Notes: generated by a model from the sequence alone, not told the origin. 64,000 nt of DNA from an uncultured virus (IMG/VR IMGVR_UViG_3300009167_000001) (IMGVR_UViG_3300009167_000001), one strand, 5' to 3'; shown: positions 21,106 through 30,632, counted from the stretch's first letter. Numbers and translations are program-made.

Positions 21106-21285
21106 ATGGCGAAATTACAACCAATTAGTTTTGAACAGGCTGCTGAAGATATGAGAGAGATGTACGATGAATTTATTATTCACTTTGAGAATAATGAAGC
21201 TATTGCTCTTGTGATTGGACTAAATCAAAGCAGGTTTGCAAAATATCTTCCCGAGTTACTCCCTGAATTACCGGCAACACCGTAG
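21106..21285 (+). CDS. Small hypothetical protein (59 aa, absent from the ORF track)
   Basis: AAGGAGG SD, ATG at 21106, TAG ending 21285; ends in LPELPATP. Confidence 0.5.
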   Translation: MAKLQPISFEQAAEDMREMYDEFIIHFENNEAIALVIGLNQSRFAKYLPELLPELPATP

Positions 21286-21298
21286 GGGGTGGTATAAT

Positions 21299-21505
21299 AT
21301 GGCAAAGAAGCCAAAACTAGGAACCGGCAAACGCGCAGCGGCAATCAAAGCTAAAGTTGCTGCGGCCTATAAGAAAAAAGGTAAATCTAAAGAAGAAGCG
21401 GAACGTATTGGTGGCGCAGTTGCAGGTCAAGCAGGTAGAGCAGCACATGGAAAGAAAAAAATGGCTAAATGGTCTGCCGCAGGAAGAAAAAGAGCAAAAA
21501 AATAA
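21299..21505 (+). CDS. Small Lys/Ala-rich basic protein, possibly DNA-condensing
   Basis: MAKKPKLGTGKR...; GGGGGTGG SD. Confidence 0.55.
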   Translation: MAKKPKLGTGKRAAAIKAKVAAAYKKKGKSKEEAERIGGAVAGQAGRAAHGKKKMAKWSAAGRKRAKK

Positions 21506-21534
21506 ATACTCCTATTTAAGAAGGGGGGTGACAA

Positions 21535-21825
21535 GTGTTAAAGGATTCAAAAAGAGCAAAGGCCAAAGAAAAAAAGGCACAGCCTGAACGTGGTCCAGCT
21601 AAGAAGAAAAAGGTTCGTTCTGAGCCAGATAAGGCCAAGCCCAAAGCAGGGGGCTTGCTTTCTGTCGGAGATATTGGTAAAATAGCAGGAGTGCCAGGAA
21701 ATACGGTGCAGCATTGGAAATACCGCGACCCTAGCTTTCCTGACCCTGTAGACTCCCCCACTTCTGGAGATTTATATAGAAGAGGCGAAGTTATGGCGTG
21801 GCTTAAAAAAACTGGAAGGGCTTAA
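21535..21825 (+). CDS. AlpA/excisionase-like HTH DNA-binding protein
   Basis: 'LLSVGDIGKIAGVPGNTVQHWKYRDPSFPDPV...LYRRGEVMAWL'. Confidence 0.65.
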   Translation: MLKDSKRAKAKEKKAQPERGPAKKKKVRSEPDKAKPKAGGLLSVGDIGKIAGVPGNTVQHWKYRDPSFPDPVDSPTSGDLYRRGEVMAWLKKTGRA

Positions 21826-21955
21826 ATGAGTTGGGAAGCACAAACACTATTAGCATTAGGATTTATGTGCCTATTTGCGATTGGAGCTATGATACAAACA
21901 GTAAGAGTTTATTTATGGAAATCTAAGTACATAGAACTAGTAAAAGCATTAAAAC

Positions 21956-22216
21956 TTGGAGAAGATGATGGGAAGACCGAAGAAAGCAACAGTTGAAGTA
22001 ACACAAGAACCTAAGCAAAGAGTATCAAGAAAGACAAAAATGGCTCCTGGTCGCCCAACTACTGCTGCGGCAGCTATTAAACTTTTTTGTCAGGAATGTA
22101 TGAATTTTCAACCGAAATTTGTAAGGGGTTGTACAGACCCAAGATGCCCTCTTTTTGATTTTAGACTAGCAGGGATTGAACCAACAGAAATGTCTGTTAG
22201 AACAGGCAAAGGATAG
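21956..22216 (+). CDS. Hypothetical Zn-binding protein
   Basis: AIKLFCQEC...C...CPLFDFR pattern. Confidence 0.5.
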   Translation: MEKMMGRPKKATVEVTQEPKQRVSRKTKMAPGRPTTAAAAIKLFCQECMNFQPKFVRGCTDPRCPLFDFRLAGIEPTEMSVRTGKG

Positions 22217-22333
22217 GTCGCTATCTTATTAAATAAGGCCATAAACTTTTCAAGAACAGGCCAGCTTAGTTAAGAAGGAGTTGGGCTACGATTAAAACGT
22301 TTTGCCTAGCTTATTAGCAAATAAGGAATTTTT

Positions 22334-22735
22334 ATGAAATTAGCTGTAGTAGGTTCCAGAAGCTTCAAGGACAATTTACAAGCCAGAATTGTTGCCCAAG
22401 ATATCATCAGAAATAGACTTTTTAATGGTAAAATAACTACGATTATTTCTGGTGGTGCTAATGGACCTGATAAATGGGCAGAAGAAGTAGCAAAGCAATT
22501 CAATATTGAAACTATAATCTATAAACCTGAATGGAAAACATACGGAAAAAGTGCAGGAATGCGTAGAAATGTTGACATAATTAGTGCTTCAGACCATGTT
22601 TTAATTTTTTGGGATGAAAAATCTAAGGGTACAGCCCATGACATTAAGATAACTCGTAAGCAAAACAAGTCTTACGAGCTTTTTGTTTGGGATAAAAGCG
22701 AAAATTGGAGATTATATGAAAGTTTCATTGATTAG
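22334..22735 (+). CDS. SLOG-family (DUF2493/YspA-like) protein
   Basis: VVGSRSF, IISGGANGPD, YGKSAGMRRN, FWDEKSKGT motifs. Confidence 0.75.
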   Translation: MKLAVVGSRSFKDNLQARIVAQDIIRNRLFNGKITTIISGGANGPDKWAEEVAKQFNIETIIYKPEWKTYGKSAGMRRNVDIISASDHVLIFWDEKSKGTAHDIKITRKQNKSYELFVWDKSENWRLYESFID

Positions 22736-23429
22736 TTGTACAGAAAATCCAGAAAAAACTATCGCGGTAGCTGCTAAAACTTGTTATTCTCCTGGAACTA
22801 CTGAAACATTATGGAATTCTACCCATGATGTAGAAGATTTTTTACAAAAATTGTGTAAAATGAAGCATATGAGTCCATTTGAACATGCAAATTTCACTTT
22901 TGGAATAGATGGAGTCTCAAGAGTACTTTTAGCACAACTTACAAGGCATAGAATTGCTAGTTTTTCAGTTCAAAGTCAAAGATATGTTAAATACGATACA
23001 AAAACTAAGGATTATCATGAACTTTTTGAGATTCCAGAGGTAATAATCTCAGAAAATAACCATGTATTTGAAAATTATGTAGATGCTTTAGATAAAATTT
23101 GTAATGCTTACGAAAATTTAGTAGATATTCTTAAAACAGAGGGGTTTTCTGAAACGCAAGCGGCTGAAAATGCTCGTTATATCTTGCCTGGAAGTATGAA
23201 AACTAACCTTGTTATGACCATGAATGCGCGAGAATTGATGCACTTTTTCGAATTAAGGTGCTGTAATCGCGCTCAAGACGAGATTAGACAACTTGCTTGG
23301 ACTATGTTACACTTGCTTAAAGAAGAATTCCCGGCTATTTTTAGTAATTGTGGGCCTTCTTGCTTGACTGGTGAGTGTAAGGAAGGAGAAATGACTTGCG
23401 GAAAGCCTTATGGAGATACTTTATTTTAA
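22716..23429 (+). CDS. thyX: FAD-dependent thymidylate synthase
   Basis: H.SPFEH, RHRIASFSVQSQRY signature, ARYILP, MNAREL.HF..LR...AQ.EIR. Confidence 0.95.
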   Translation: MKVSLISCTENPEKTIAVAAKTCYSPGTTETLWNSTHDVEDFLQKLCKMKHMSPFEHANFTFGIDGVSRVLLAQLTRHRIASFSVQSQRYVKYDTKTKDYHELFEIPEVIISENNHVFENYVDALDKICNAYENLVDILKTEGFSETQAAENARYILPGSMKTNLVMTMNARELMHFFELRCCNRAQDEIRQLAWTMLHLLKEEFPAIFSNCGPSCLTGECKEGEMTCGKPYGDTLF

Positions 23430-23453
23430 GAAACCTATGTGGAAGGGAGTAAT

Positions 23454-23627
23454 ATGCCTACATATATGTTTATTTGTACTAAATGTGGAAGAATTCAAGA
23501 AATATCCTCTACCTATGAAAGACTAGCTGAAATAGAAGAAAAAATCAAGTGTGATAGATGTGGAAGTGAAGTAAAACGTAAATTAGCACCTTTTGTAACC
23601 CATTTTAACTATACAAGGGGAAAATAA
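23454..23627 (+). CDS. FmdB-like zinc-ribbon protein
   Basis: MPTY.F.CTKCG...CDRCGS. Confidence 0.65.
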   Translation: MPTYMFICTKCGRIQEISSTYERLAEIEEKIKCDRCGSEVKRKLAPFVTHFNYTRGK

Positions 23628-23893
23628 TGCCCTATATTAAACAAGAATTAAGAAAAGATATAGATGAAAGGCTTAATCCGTTAATTCAACTTCTAGATTG
23701 GTGTGAAAATGATGAAATTGATGGAGTTATGAATTATGTAATTACTAAAATCATAAGAAGTCAGTATAATAACGGTCATTATGGAGAATATAATGCTGCT
23801 GTTGGTGTCCTAGAGTGCGCTAAACTGGAACTTTATCGTAGAGCTATAGCTCCTTATGAGGATATAAAAATTCAAGAGAATGGAGATGTATAA
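23627..23893 (+). CDS. Phage hypothetical protein
   Basis: MPYIK...G..NY.ITK...GVLECAKLELYRR..APYED.KI.ENGDV; a pattern I associate with phages. Confidence 0.6.
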   Translation: MPYIKQELRKDIDERLNPLIQLLDWCENDEIDGVMNYVITKIIRSQYNNGHYGEYNAAVGVLECAKLELYRRAIAPYEDIKIQENGDV

Positions 23894-24050
23894 TGGGCAA
23901 GGATTTATTTGATTTGGTGTATGATTTACTTGACTATGTGGCTATAAAATATGGAGTTACATCTTATGATGAATTTACTTGTAAGCAAATTAGAGCATTA
24001 GCCGAAGAAATTAAGTATTTTGAAATAGCGCCGATAGAATAAATTACTAC

Positions 24051-24123
24051 TGCGGGTGGGAGGTATGGTTATCTCAGAGGTTTCATAAGCCTACGAAATG
24101 GGTCCGATTCCCATACTCCGCTA
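24051..24123 (+). tRNA. tRNA with CAU anticodon (Met or Ile2); acceptor stem needs a bulge
   Basis: Loop TTCATAA; T arm ATGGG-TCCGATT-CCCAT. Confidence 0.7.
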
Positions 24124-24245
24124 TCTCTCTTGTGGTAGCTGCCAAGACTACATTCAAGAGCGCATTTGGTAGGTGTGCGAGAACACATAACGTGCAGTTT
24201 TAACCTTGGCAGAGGGGAAAAACTCACGATGTACCTACCATATTT

Positions 24246-24317
24246 GCCGCCATAGCTTACCGGGTAAAGCAGGGGTTTTGTAAACCTCAGTACTGGGTTC
24301 AAGTCCTAGTGGTGGCT
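24246..24317 (+). tRNA. tRNA-Thr(UGU)
   Basis: Cloverleaf, loop TTTGTAA, GGTTCAAGTCC. Confidence 0.9.
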
Positions 24318-24531
24318 TGATAGAAAGGAGGATATTATAGAAAAAAATAGACTTCATATTATTAATGCTCATATATTACCATTAATTACGGCAGCAGGTA
24401 CACTTGCTTTTGGAGTTGACAGATTAGTAAACCATAATTTACTTATTGGAGGAATAACTTTTCTTGCAATTGGATTGATAGCTATAATAGTAGTGGGAGT
24501 AAATATGTATTTTGAATTAAAACAAGATTAA

Positions 24532-24602
24532 CGCGCATTGGTGTAGCGATAACATATCTGGCCGTCTACCAGAAGTCAGGGGTTTAACTCCCCTATGCGT
24601 GG
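24532..24602 (+). tRNA. tRNA-Asp(GUC), atypical
   Basis: CGCGCAT/ATGCGTG acceptor; TCTGG-CCGTCTA-CCAGA anticodon arm; T loop TTTAACT. Confidence 0.7.
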
Positions 24603-24718
24603 CTAACAAAAAAAGAAAGGAGGGCATAAAATGGATTTATGGCTTATAATTTTAATTATTGTGTTGGTTATAATTTTCTTTGGTGGTGGTTTCGGATATT
24701 ACCGTCGATAATAGCATA

Positions 24719-24790
24719 GGCACCGTTGGTTTTGGATAGCCAAATCGTCTGCAAAACGATTGAAGGTGGGTTCGAATCCCCCCGGTGTCT
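24719..24790 (+). tRNA. tRNA-Cys(GCA)
   Basis: ATCGT-CTGCAAA-ACGAT; GGTTCGAATCC; U73. Confidence 0.88.
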
Positions 24791-24814
24791 CTGAACTTTG
24801 AAAATTAAATATAG

Positions 24815-24887
24815 GGGCTTGTAGTATAACCTGGGATTACTCTGCCTTTGCACGGCAGTAATGAGGGTTCAAATCCCTCCAGGTCCA
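24815..24887 (+). tRNA. tRNA-Ala(UGC)
   Basis: G3:U70 pair; loop TTTGCAC. Confidence 0.9.
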
Positions 24888-24944
24888 CTAGAGAAATAGT
24901 GAAGGCATCGTTATCAATAACGGGAGTAGCTATTTCTCTTATAA

Positions 24945-25018
24945 GTCGCATTCGACTAACGGATTAAGTCAACAGGCTTTCAACCTGTTAATAGTGGGTT
25001 CGACTCCCCTATGCGACA
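24945..25018 (+). tRNA. tRNA-Glu(UUC)
   Basis: GTCGCAT/ATGCGAC; ACAGG-CTTTCAA-CCTGT. Confidence 0.88.
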
Positions 25019-25022
25019 TTAA

Positions 25023-25095
25023 GCCCGAGTGATGGAATGGCATACATACTAGTTTCAAAAACTAGGTTTTGGTGGTTCGACTCCACCCTTGGGTA
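25023..25095 (+). tRNA. tRNA-Leu(CAA), short variable loop
   Basis: CTAGT-TTCAAAA-ACTAG; 5-nt variable region. Confidence 0.85.
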
Positions 25096-25098
25096 TAT

Positions 25099-25173
25099 GG
25101 GCGGGTGATGGAACTAGGCATACATACTAGCTTTAGAAGCTAGGTTTTGGGGGTTCGATTCCCCCCCTGCCTA
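25099..25173 (+). tRNA. tRNA-Leu(UAG), short variable loop
   Basis: CTAGC-TTTAGAA-GCTAG; 5-nt variable region. Confidence 0.85.
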
Positions 25174-25342
25174 CTGTGCTTATTCGCGGATAGAAGTAGA
25201 TGGCGCTGGTCTATCATATCTGCTAATATAGTGGTTGGGCTTGAGGGATTAAAACCATGAAAAGTCCGAGTCGTAAGACTAAATGGAGCCTTATTGAAAA
25301 GCGCATTAATTTCAATAATAAGCTCCTATTCCCTCGCCATTT

Positions 25343-25414
25343 GGATTGATAGCTCAATAGGCAGAGCGTTGGTGTGAAGTACCAGAGATATTCGTTCGAT
25401 GCGAATTCAGTCCA
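25343..25414 (+). tRNA. tRNA-Phe(GAA)
   Basis: TTGGT-GTGAAGT-ACCAG; D arm GCTC...GAGC. Confidence 0.85.
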
Positions 25415-25475
25415 CTTAGTAGAGAGTTATCATAAGGCTCTTAGCAAAAAGGGTATTCTTGGCTCTCTACTTTAA

Positions 25476-25553
25476 CAGGGTGTCGCCTAGTCTGGTATAA
25501 TGGCCCCTGGTCTGGAGCCAGGAATAACGTAGGTTCAAATCCTACCACCCTGA
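25476..25553 (+). tRNA. tRNA-Pro(UGG)
   Basis: CAGGGTG/CACCCTG; CCTGG-TCTGGAG-CCAGG. Confidence 0.85.
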
Positions 25554-25605
25554 CCTAGAGTTTGCTTGTAGGCTTGTTCTTGTATAAAAAATCGAACCTA
25601 CATTT

Positions 25606-25676
25606 GGGCGATTAGTTTAAGGGTAAAGCGTAGGTGTTACATACCTGAGTTAAAGGTTCGAATCCTTTATTGCCCA
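25606..25676 (+). tRNA. tRNA-Val(UAC)
   Basis: TAGGT-GTTACAT-ACCTG; GGTTCGAATCC. Confidence 0.87.
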
Positions 25677-25680
25677 CTAT

Positions 25681-25751
25681 TGAAGAATGGTGTAATGGTA
25701 GCATAACAGACTTTGAATCTGTCGGTCCAAGTCCGAATCTTGGTTCTTCAG
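25681..25751 (+). tRNA. tRNA-Gln(UUG)
   Basis: U1-A72 acceptor; ACAGA-CTTTGAA-TCTGT. Confidence 0.9.
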
Positions 25752-25758
25752 TATATAG

Positions 25759-25847
25759 TCCAGTGTGGCCGAGAGGAAAGGCATTCGGCTGTTAACCGAA
25801 AGTAGGAGGATTGAATCGCCTCGCAAGTTCGAATCTTGCCGCTGGAG
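25759..25847 (+). tRNA. tRNA-Asn(GUU) with a long variable region
   Basis: TTCGG-CTGTTAA-CCGAA followed by a 22-nt variable region. Confidence 0.8.
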
Positions 25848-25850
25848 TAA

Positions 25851-25936
25851 GGAGAGTTGCCAGAGTCAGGTAATGGGCCGGTTTGCTAAACCGAGACGAT
25901 GTAAAAGTCACAGTGGTTCAAATCCACTACTCTCCG
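25851..25936 (+). tRNA. tRNA-Ser(GCU)
   Basis: GGAGAGT/ACTCTCC; loop TTGCTAA; long V arm; G73. Confidence 0.9.
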
Positions 25937-25964
25937 TATAAGTAAACTATAATAAGGAAAGCAT

Positions 25965-26345
25965 ATGAAGTCTGCTGAGAGATTGGTGTGTAGAAAGTGT
26001 GGAAGAACTTGGTTTTATTTAGATGAAAATGCAAACAGAGATTATTGCCCATCTTGTATGGACCAGAGAAGAGAAAAAGAAAAAAGGGGAGAATTAAGAA
26101 GAAAGTATAAGGCTAGAGCCGTACAAATGTTGGGAGGAAAATGCATTATTTGTGGCTACGATAAATATCAAGGCGCACTTTCTTTTCATCATGTAGACCC
26201 TAGTACAAAAAGTATAACAATATCTGATGAAAGGTCACTTAGTTGGAAAGATATGGAAAAAGAAGTTAAAAAATGTGTTCTATTATGTATGAATTGTCAT
26301 AGAGAAGTAGAAGAAGGTATAACAGAATTACCCGATATCGCCTAA
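25965..26345 (+). CDS. HNH endonuclease inserted in the tRNA array
   Basis: C..CGY...ALSFHHVDP..K...EVKKCVLLC.NCHREV. Confidence 0.85.
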   Translation: MKSAERLVCRKCGRTWFYLDENANRDYCPSCMDQRREKEKRGELRRKYKARAVQMLGGKCIICGYDKYQGALSFHHVDPSTKSITISDERSLSWKDMEKEVKKCVLLCMNCHREVEEGITELPDIA

Positions 26346-26405
26346 TGGACTATGGTACTCGGCTACGAACCGGGAATAATATGGGTTCGAATCCCATTAT
26401 CGGGT
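26331..26405 (+). tRNA. tRNA-Arg(ACG)
   Basis: CTCGG-CTACGAA-CCGGG; overlaps the 3' end of the HNH gene. Confidence 0.88.
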
Positions 26406-26524
26406 CTAAGGAGGTTACTATGGAAGATTGGTTAATAACTACAATAATTGTAATGATAGTTCTTGGAATATTCTTTTGGAAAGCCGAATGGTTATATAAT
26501 TTAAGAAGAAAATAAGTAAGTTAT

Positions 26525-26608
26525 GGAAGTAGTCCGGTTGGTCGAGGGCGCTGTCTTGAAAACAGTTGGTGCTAATCACACTCAGGGGTTCAATTCCTCT
26601 TGCTTCCG
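26525..26608 (+). tRNA. tRNA-Ser(UGA)
   Basis: GCTGT-CTTGAAA-ACAGT; long V arm; G73. Confidence 0.88.
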
Positions 26609-26611
26609 TAA

Positions 26612-26682
26612 GCGGGTATGGTATAATGGCATTATGACAGCCTTCCAAGCTGACGATGCGAGTCCGATTCTCGCTACCCGCT
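26612..26682 (+). tRNA. tRNA-Gly(UCC)
   Basis: GCGGGTA/TACCCGC; loop CTTCCAA; U73. Confidence 0.92.
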
Positions 26683-26733
26683 CTGATAATTGAGCATAGT
26701 AAGTCGAGTAATAGTAGACAAACTAGGAGAAAA

Positions 26734-27342
26734 ATGAACATTTGGAAAGCATGGGCATTATCAAAAGGAAAAGGATTATTGTCGTATGAATATAAGAAGG
26801 AAGATATGGAGTATAAAGTAGGGAAAGTTAAGTATAGTCCAGATTATAAAAGTGACCATCTTAGTCAGTCTGAGGCTTTTAAAAAAGCAGTAGCTCCATA
26901 TGTTAGGTTAGTAGAAAAGCCTTGGGGAAGCTATGAAGACCTGTTTAGAACCCCTCAATATGTAGTAAAAATTGTTAAAGTAAATCCCGGCCACAGGCTT
27001 AGTCTACAGAAGCACAATTATAGAGAAGAACATTGGTATGTAGTTGCAGGAGAAGCTGATTTGACAGCCAATTCTCAGACTGTTATACTTTATCCAGGCT
27101 ATTCAGCAGATATTGAAAGAGGCGTATGGCATCGAGTGACTAACAATCAGCCTGAACTTCTGGTATTTGTCGAAATACAAACTGGCCTTTGTTATGAAGA
27201 TGATATAGAAAGAATGGAAGATGACTATGGCAGACAATCTCCCATTACAGAGCAAGAAATAAAGCAAGGATTCATTAACTCTACTGAAACTGAAGAAGAA
27301 AAACGAGCCAGAAATAAAGACTTTTATGAAATGTATGGATAG
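26734..27342 (+). CDS. Cupin protein, mannose-6-phosphate isomerase type II (ManC C-terminal)-like
   Basis: KPWGSY...VKIVKVNPGHRLSLQKH.YREEHWYVV.G...HRV.N....L.FVEIQTG...EDDIER.EDDYGR. Confidence 0.85.
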   Translation: MNIWKAWALSKGKGLLSYEYKKEDMEYKVGKVKYSPDYKSDHLSQSEAFKKAVAPYVRLVEKPWGSYEDLFRTPQYVVKIVKVNPGHRLSLQKHNYREEHWYVVAGEADLTANSQTVILYPGYSADIERGVWHRVTNNQPELLVFVEIQTGLCYEDDIERMEDDYGRQSPITEQEIKQGFINSTETEEEKRARNKDFYEMYG

Positions 27343-27345
27343 ATT

Positions 27346-30300
27346 ATGAATGGAAAAGAAACTGATACTAGGAAGATTTTAGCAGATGAAGAAGAAGTTC
27401 TCTCAATTCTTAGAGAATTAGCAAAAACTACTATTTTAATAGATGATGATGAATCCCTCTATGGAGAAGTCTCAGAAGACTTAGTTATACGAGCTAAAAA
27501 AGCTTTAAGAAGAGGGGGAGGGGGAGGTTTTAGCGCAGGATAACGCAGAATTTTAAATGAACTTTACTAGAAAGGATTAACATGAAACTTCCAGCCGTTC
27601 TTTATCCCAATATTTTAATTAAAAATCTCTATCTCGATGGGCTAAATTGTAATGATGTTGCCCAAAAATTACGAGCAATTAAAGAAGGTCTATATCCCTG
27701 GTTGCAACAAGATGATATGAAACCATATGTTGAGCCTATCAAGAATGATATAGAATGGATTATTCCAGAATTAGAAGATTTAAGTGCTAGATTAGGAGCA
27801 GCAGCTATAGCTCTAGAACAGGGTAAAACTGCTGAAGAATCATATGAACTTTACAACCGTTTACGTCCTAGATATGCAGAGATAGATTATGACTTGTCTG
27901 AAATTGATAATAGATGAAACTCTTCCAGAAGGAGAAATTATCTTAGATAAAGAAAAAGAAATCCTTTTAGTAAGAAGCATGGAAGATTGGTTTAAATTTA
28001 TGAAGGAATATAATGATGACTGACTTAGCAGTACAACTAATTATAGACGAACTTCGTACCCGTCTATTTGAAGCGGAACAGCGAATAGATGACCTCAAAG
28101 AAGAGAATCTTGGGCTGAAATATGGCCTGGAAGAATGGAAAAAGCAAACCATAGGATTGCAAAATCTTTTAGCAGAACGTGATGAACGACTAATGTTGTT
28201 AGAAGAAGCAGCGAAAGCAACGGTAACTATGGCAACTGCCGGTGGATATCCTAATATTGATGAATTACAAGCTGTTCTGGAGATTAAAAATGAATCCTAC
28301 AGTTAAACAAATAATAGAAAAATGGCTTAAAGCCAATGGATATACTGGCTTATTCAATCAAGATTGTGGGTGTGAACTGGATGATTTAATGCCTTGTGCT
28401 GGCTGGGATAATGGTATAGACCTTTGTAGAGCCGGTTATAAACATACTTGTGATGGTGGTTGTGAAGAATGTTATAGAAATGAATATTGTGATATGGACT
28501 TTGAATTTAGTAATATGTATATTTCAGGAGAAAAATGAAAAGCTTCATTCATTTTGATGATATGACTTGGCCTAATCCTCTTGACCCATTAGAAATTGAA
28601 TGGAAACTATGCTATGCTCCAGATAGAGAAACTCAAATAGTAGCTGCTTCTTATATAGCAGCTTATAAGCAACTTATTTCTGACACGCAAAAAAGTAGAA
28701 ACTATAAGTGCCAAAAAATAAAGGAGCTTATGAATGGATGAAAAAGCAGAAATAAAGTTATTAAGAAGAATAGAAGTAGTTGCGGAAGAACTATATAAAG
28801 CCTTAGATGACTCTGAGTATACTATTGGAAGAATGTCTACTTTAGCGCGCGCTCATGAAATGTATTCTGAAGTATCTTATCGGCCAGCTATGAAAAAACT
28901 CCGTAAATTGCTCGGAGAGTATGAAGAAAAGTTCTTCAAATGATTTTTTGTAAGCATGATTATCAATTTGTCTGTAATATCTACGGAGACTGGATAATTT
29001 TTGTAGCCAACTGGAACCGTTCTTTATGGAAATGTAGTAAATGTAGCAAATATAAGTTCAGACCAGAACTAGTAAGGAGAAATAATGGATGAGGAATTAA
29101 AAAACTTTATCATAAAAGAACGCGAAAATGCTTATGATGAATATGAAAAGCATAGTGTTCGTATGGGATATGCCACTGGGTATTGGTTTGGTTATCTAGA
29201 TGCTCTTAATGCTATTTTGAAAGAGGTTAATAAGCCTTTAGTTACTCTTTGTGATAACACCATTCATGTAGAATCTCGCATAGACCCTGATGAAATGGCT
29301 AAATTAATTGTAGATGGTTTAAAACTAAGAGAAGATTTTTTAAAAGAGCAGGAATCTACTAGAATAACCCCTGAAGAGCTACATCGGGAATATAGAGGGA
29401 TGGGATTTGATTAATGGAATGGGTAGTGCTGATAATAATCCTTTTGGTGATACTGCATAGAATTCCCAAAAAACCCAAGAAAGTAAGTGACCGTAAAGAT
29501 AGATTCTACAGATTCATGGGATATAAGTAATGGTCTTCTACTTATTTTTTGTTATTTTTGCAGTTTGGTTTTTAATTAAATATACCTTACCTAAATGGAC
29601 ACTTATAATCGTAGGAGTCCTGATAAATTCCGTGTTTTTAGCTATAAATGGAGTATAATGTTTAAAGGAGTCTGTAAAGAAAAGGGTCTTTATTGCAGAT
29701 GTATCGGCTGCGAGAATAAAGAATGCAACTTTAAATACTGTAATCTAGACAAATGCCCAGTAGGAGCTTGTATTAATCATAGTGAGTATAAGAGGAAAGA
29801 TGGCAGCGACAAAAGCAGTTAAGAAAAAGCATTGGTATCTCATTACTATAACTAGTTGTGAGCTATGTTCGGCAGGAGAAACTATTCGTACTCGTATGTA
29901 TGGAGAAAAACCAAAAGACCCAAAAGAAAGACGAGAATACTTCTATTTTGCCTGTGATAGTCACTTTCTATAAAGGAGAAAAATGAAAGCAATAGAACAA
30001 TATAAATGTGAGATTTGTGGGGGAGTCTATAGTACTCCCGCGCAAGCAGAAAACTGTGAAGCCAAGCATAGCAAAATCATAAGTACAGAAGTAATGTTCC
30101 AGCCTAACCATGTAGAACCTAGCCAAGTAAAGATAGTGACTGAAGGTAAGGATGGAAAGAGAAAACAGAAAACCTATGGTCTTTATAAGAACTGGTATTA
30201 AGGAGTAAAGAATGTATGTAGGATATTTCTTAGAAATTGAGCAACATCTGGCGGCGGCTAAATTCGGTGTCTATCTAATACAAGACGGCTGTAGTGAAGA

Positions 30301-30576
30301 ACTAGAAGAAGTATTAGAAAGTCTAGAAAAAGCTAAGATAGCACTAAGAGACTTAACACTAGAGCTAGAAGCAAGCAAGTGAAATACCATGCTTATTTTA
30401 ACTTTCGTACTGGTTATGTAGATGTTTTCACTAGTGACGGCATGAAATATCAGGTTACTCTGGAGATAATAAAAATGCATAGGCTGGCTAGAATGGACTC
30501 AGAAGGATATCGTGGTGCAATCTTATTAACTCCAGAAGAAGTAGCTATAGAATTAGTAAAAAGAATCAGATACTAG
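27346..30576 (+). other. Run of small, tightly packed hypothetical genes (about 60-110 aa), several Cys-rich
   Basis: Consecutive + ORFs with SD sites and overlapping stop/start codons. Confidence 0.6.
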
Positions 30577-30632
30577 AAAAAAGTGGTTATCCTATAAGAA
30601 TCAGATACAGTAAAATTAAGGTTATCCTATAA
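30561..30632. repeat. Imperfect tandem repeat (~35 bp x2) at the left edge of the GC-rich island
   Basis: AAGAATCAGATAC...GGTTATCCTATAA twice. Confidence 0.8.

Noticed and set aside
24532..24602. Amber suppressor reading of the CTA in the anticodon loop
   Set aside because: The 5-bp stem centres the 7-nt loop on GTC, so it is Asp
25243..25270. RNase P RNA suggested by GAGGGA...AAAGTCCG
   Set aside because: The spacer is too short and lacks the other conserved RNase P regions
24069..26741. Minus-strand ORFs across the tRNA array
   Set aside because: They are antisense to well-formed tRNA genes and are likely spurious
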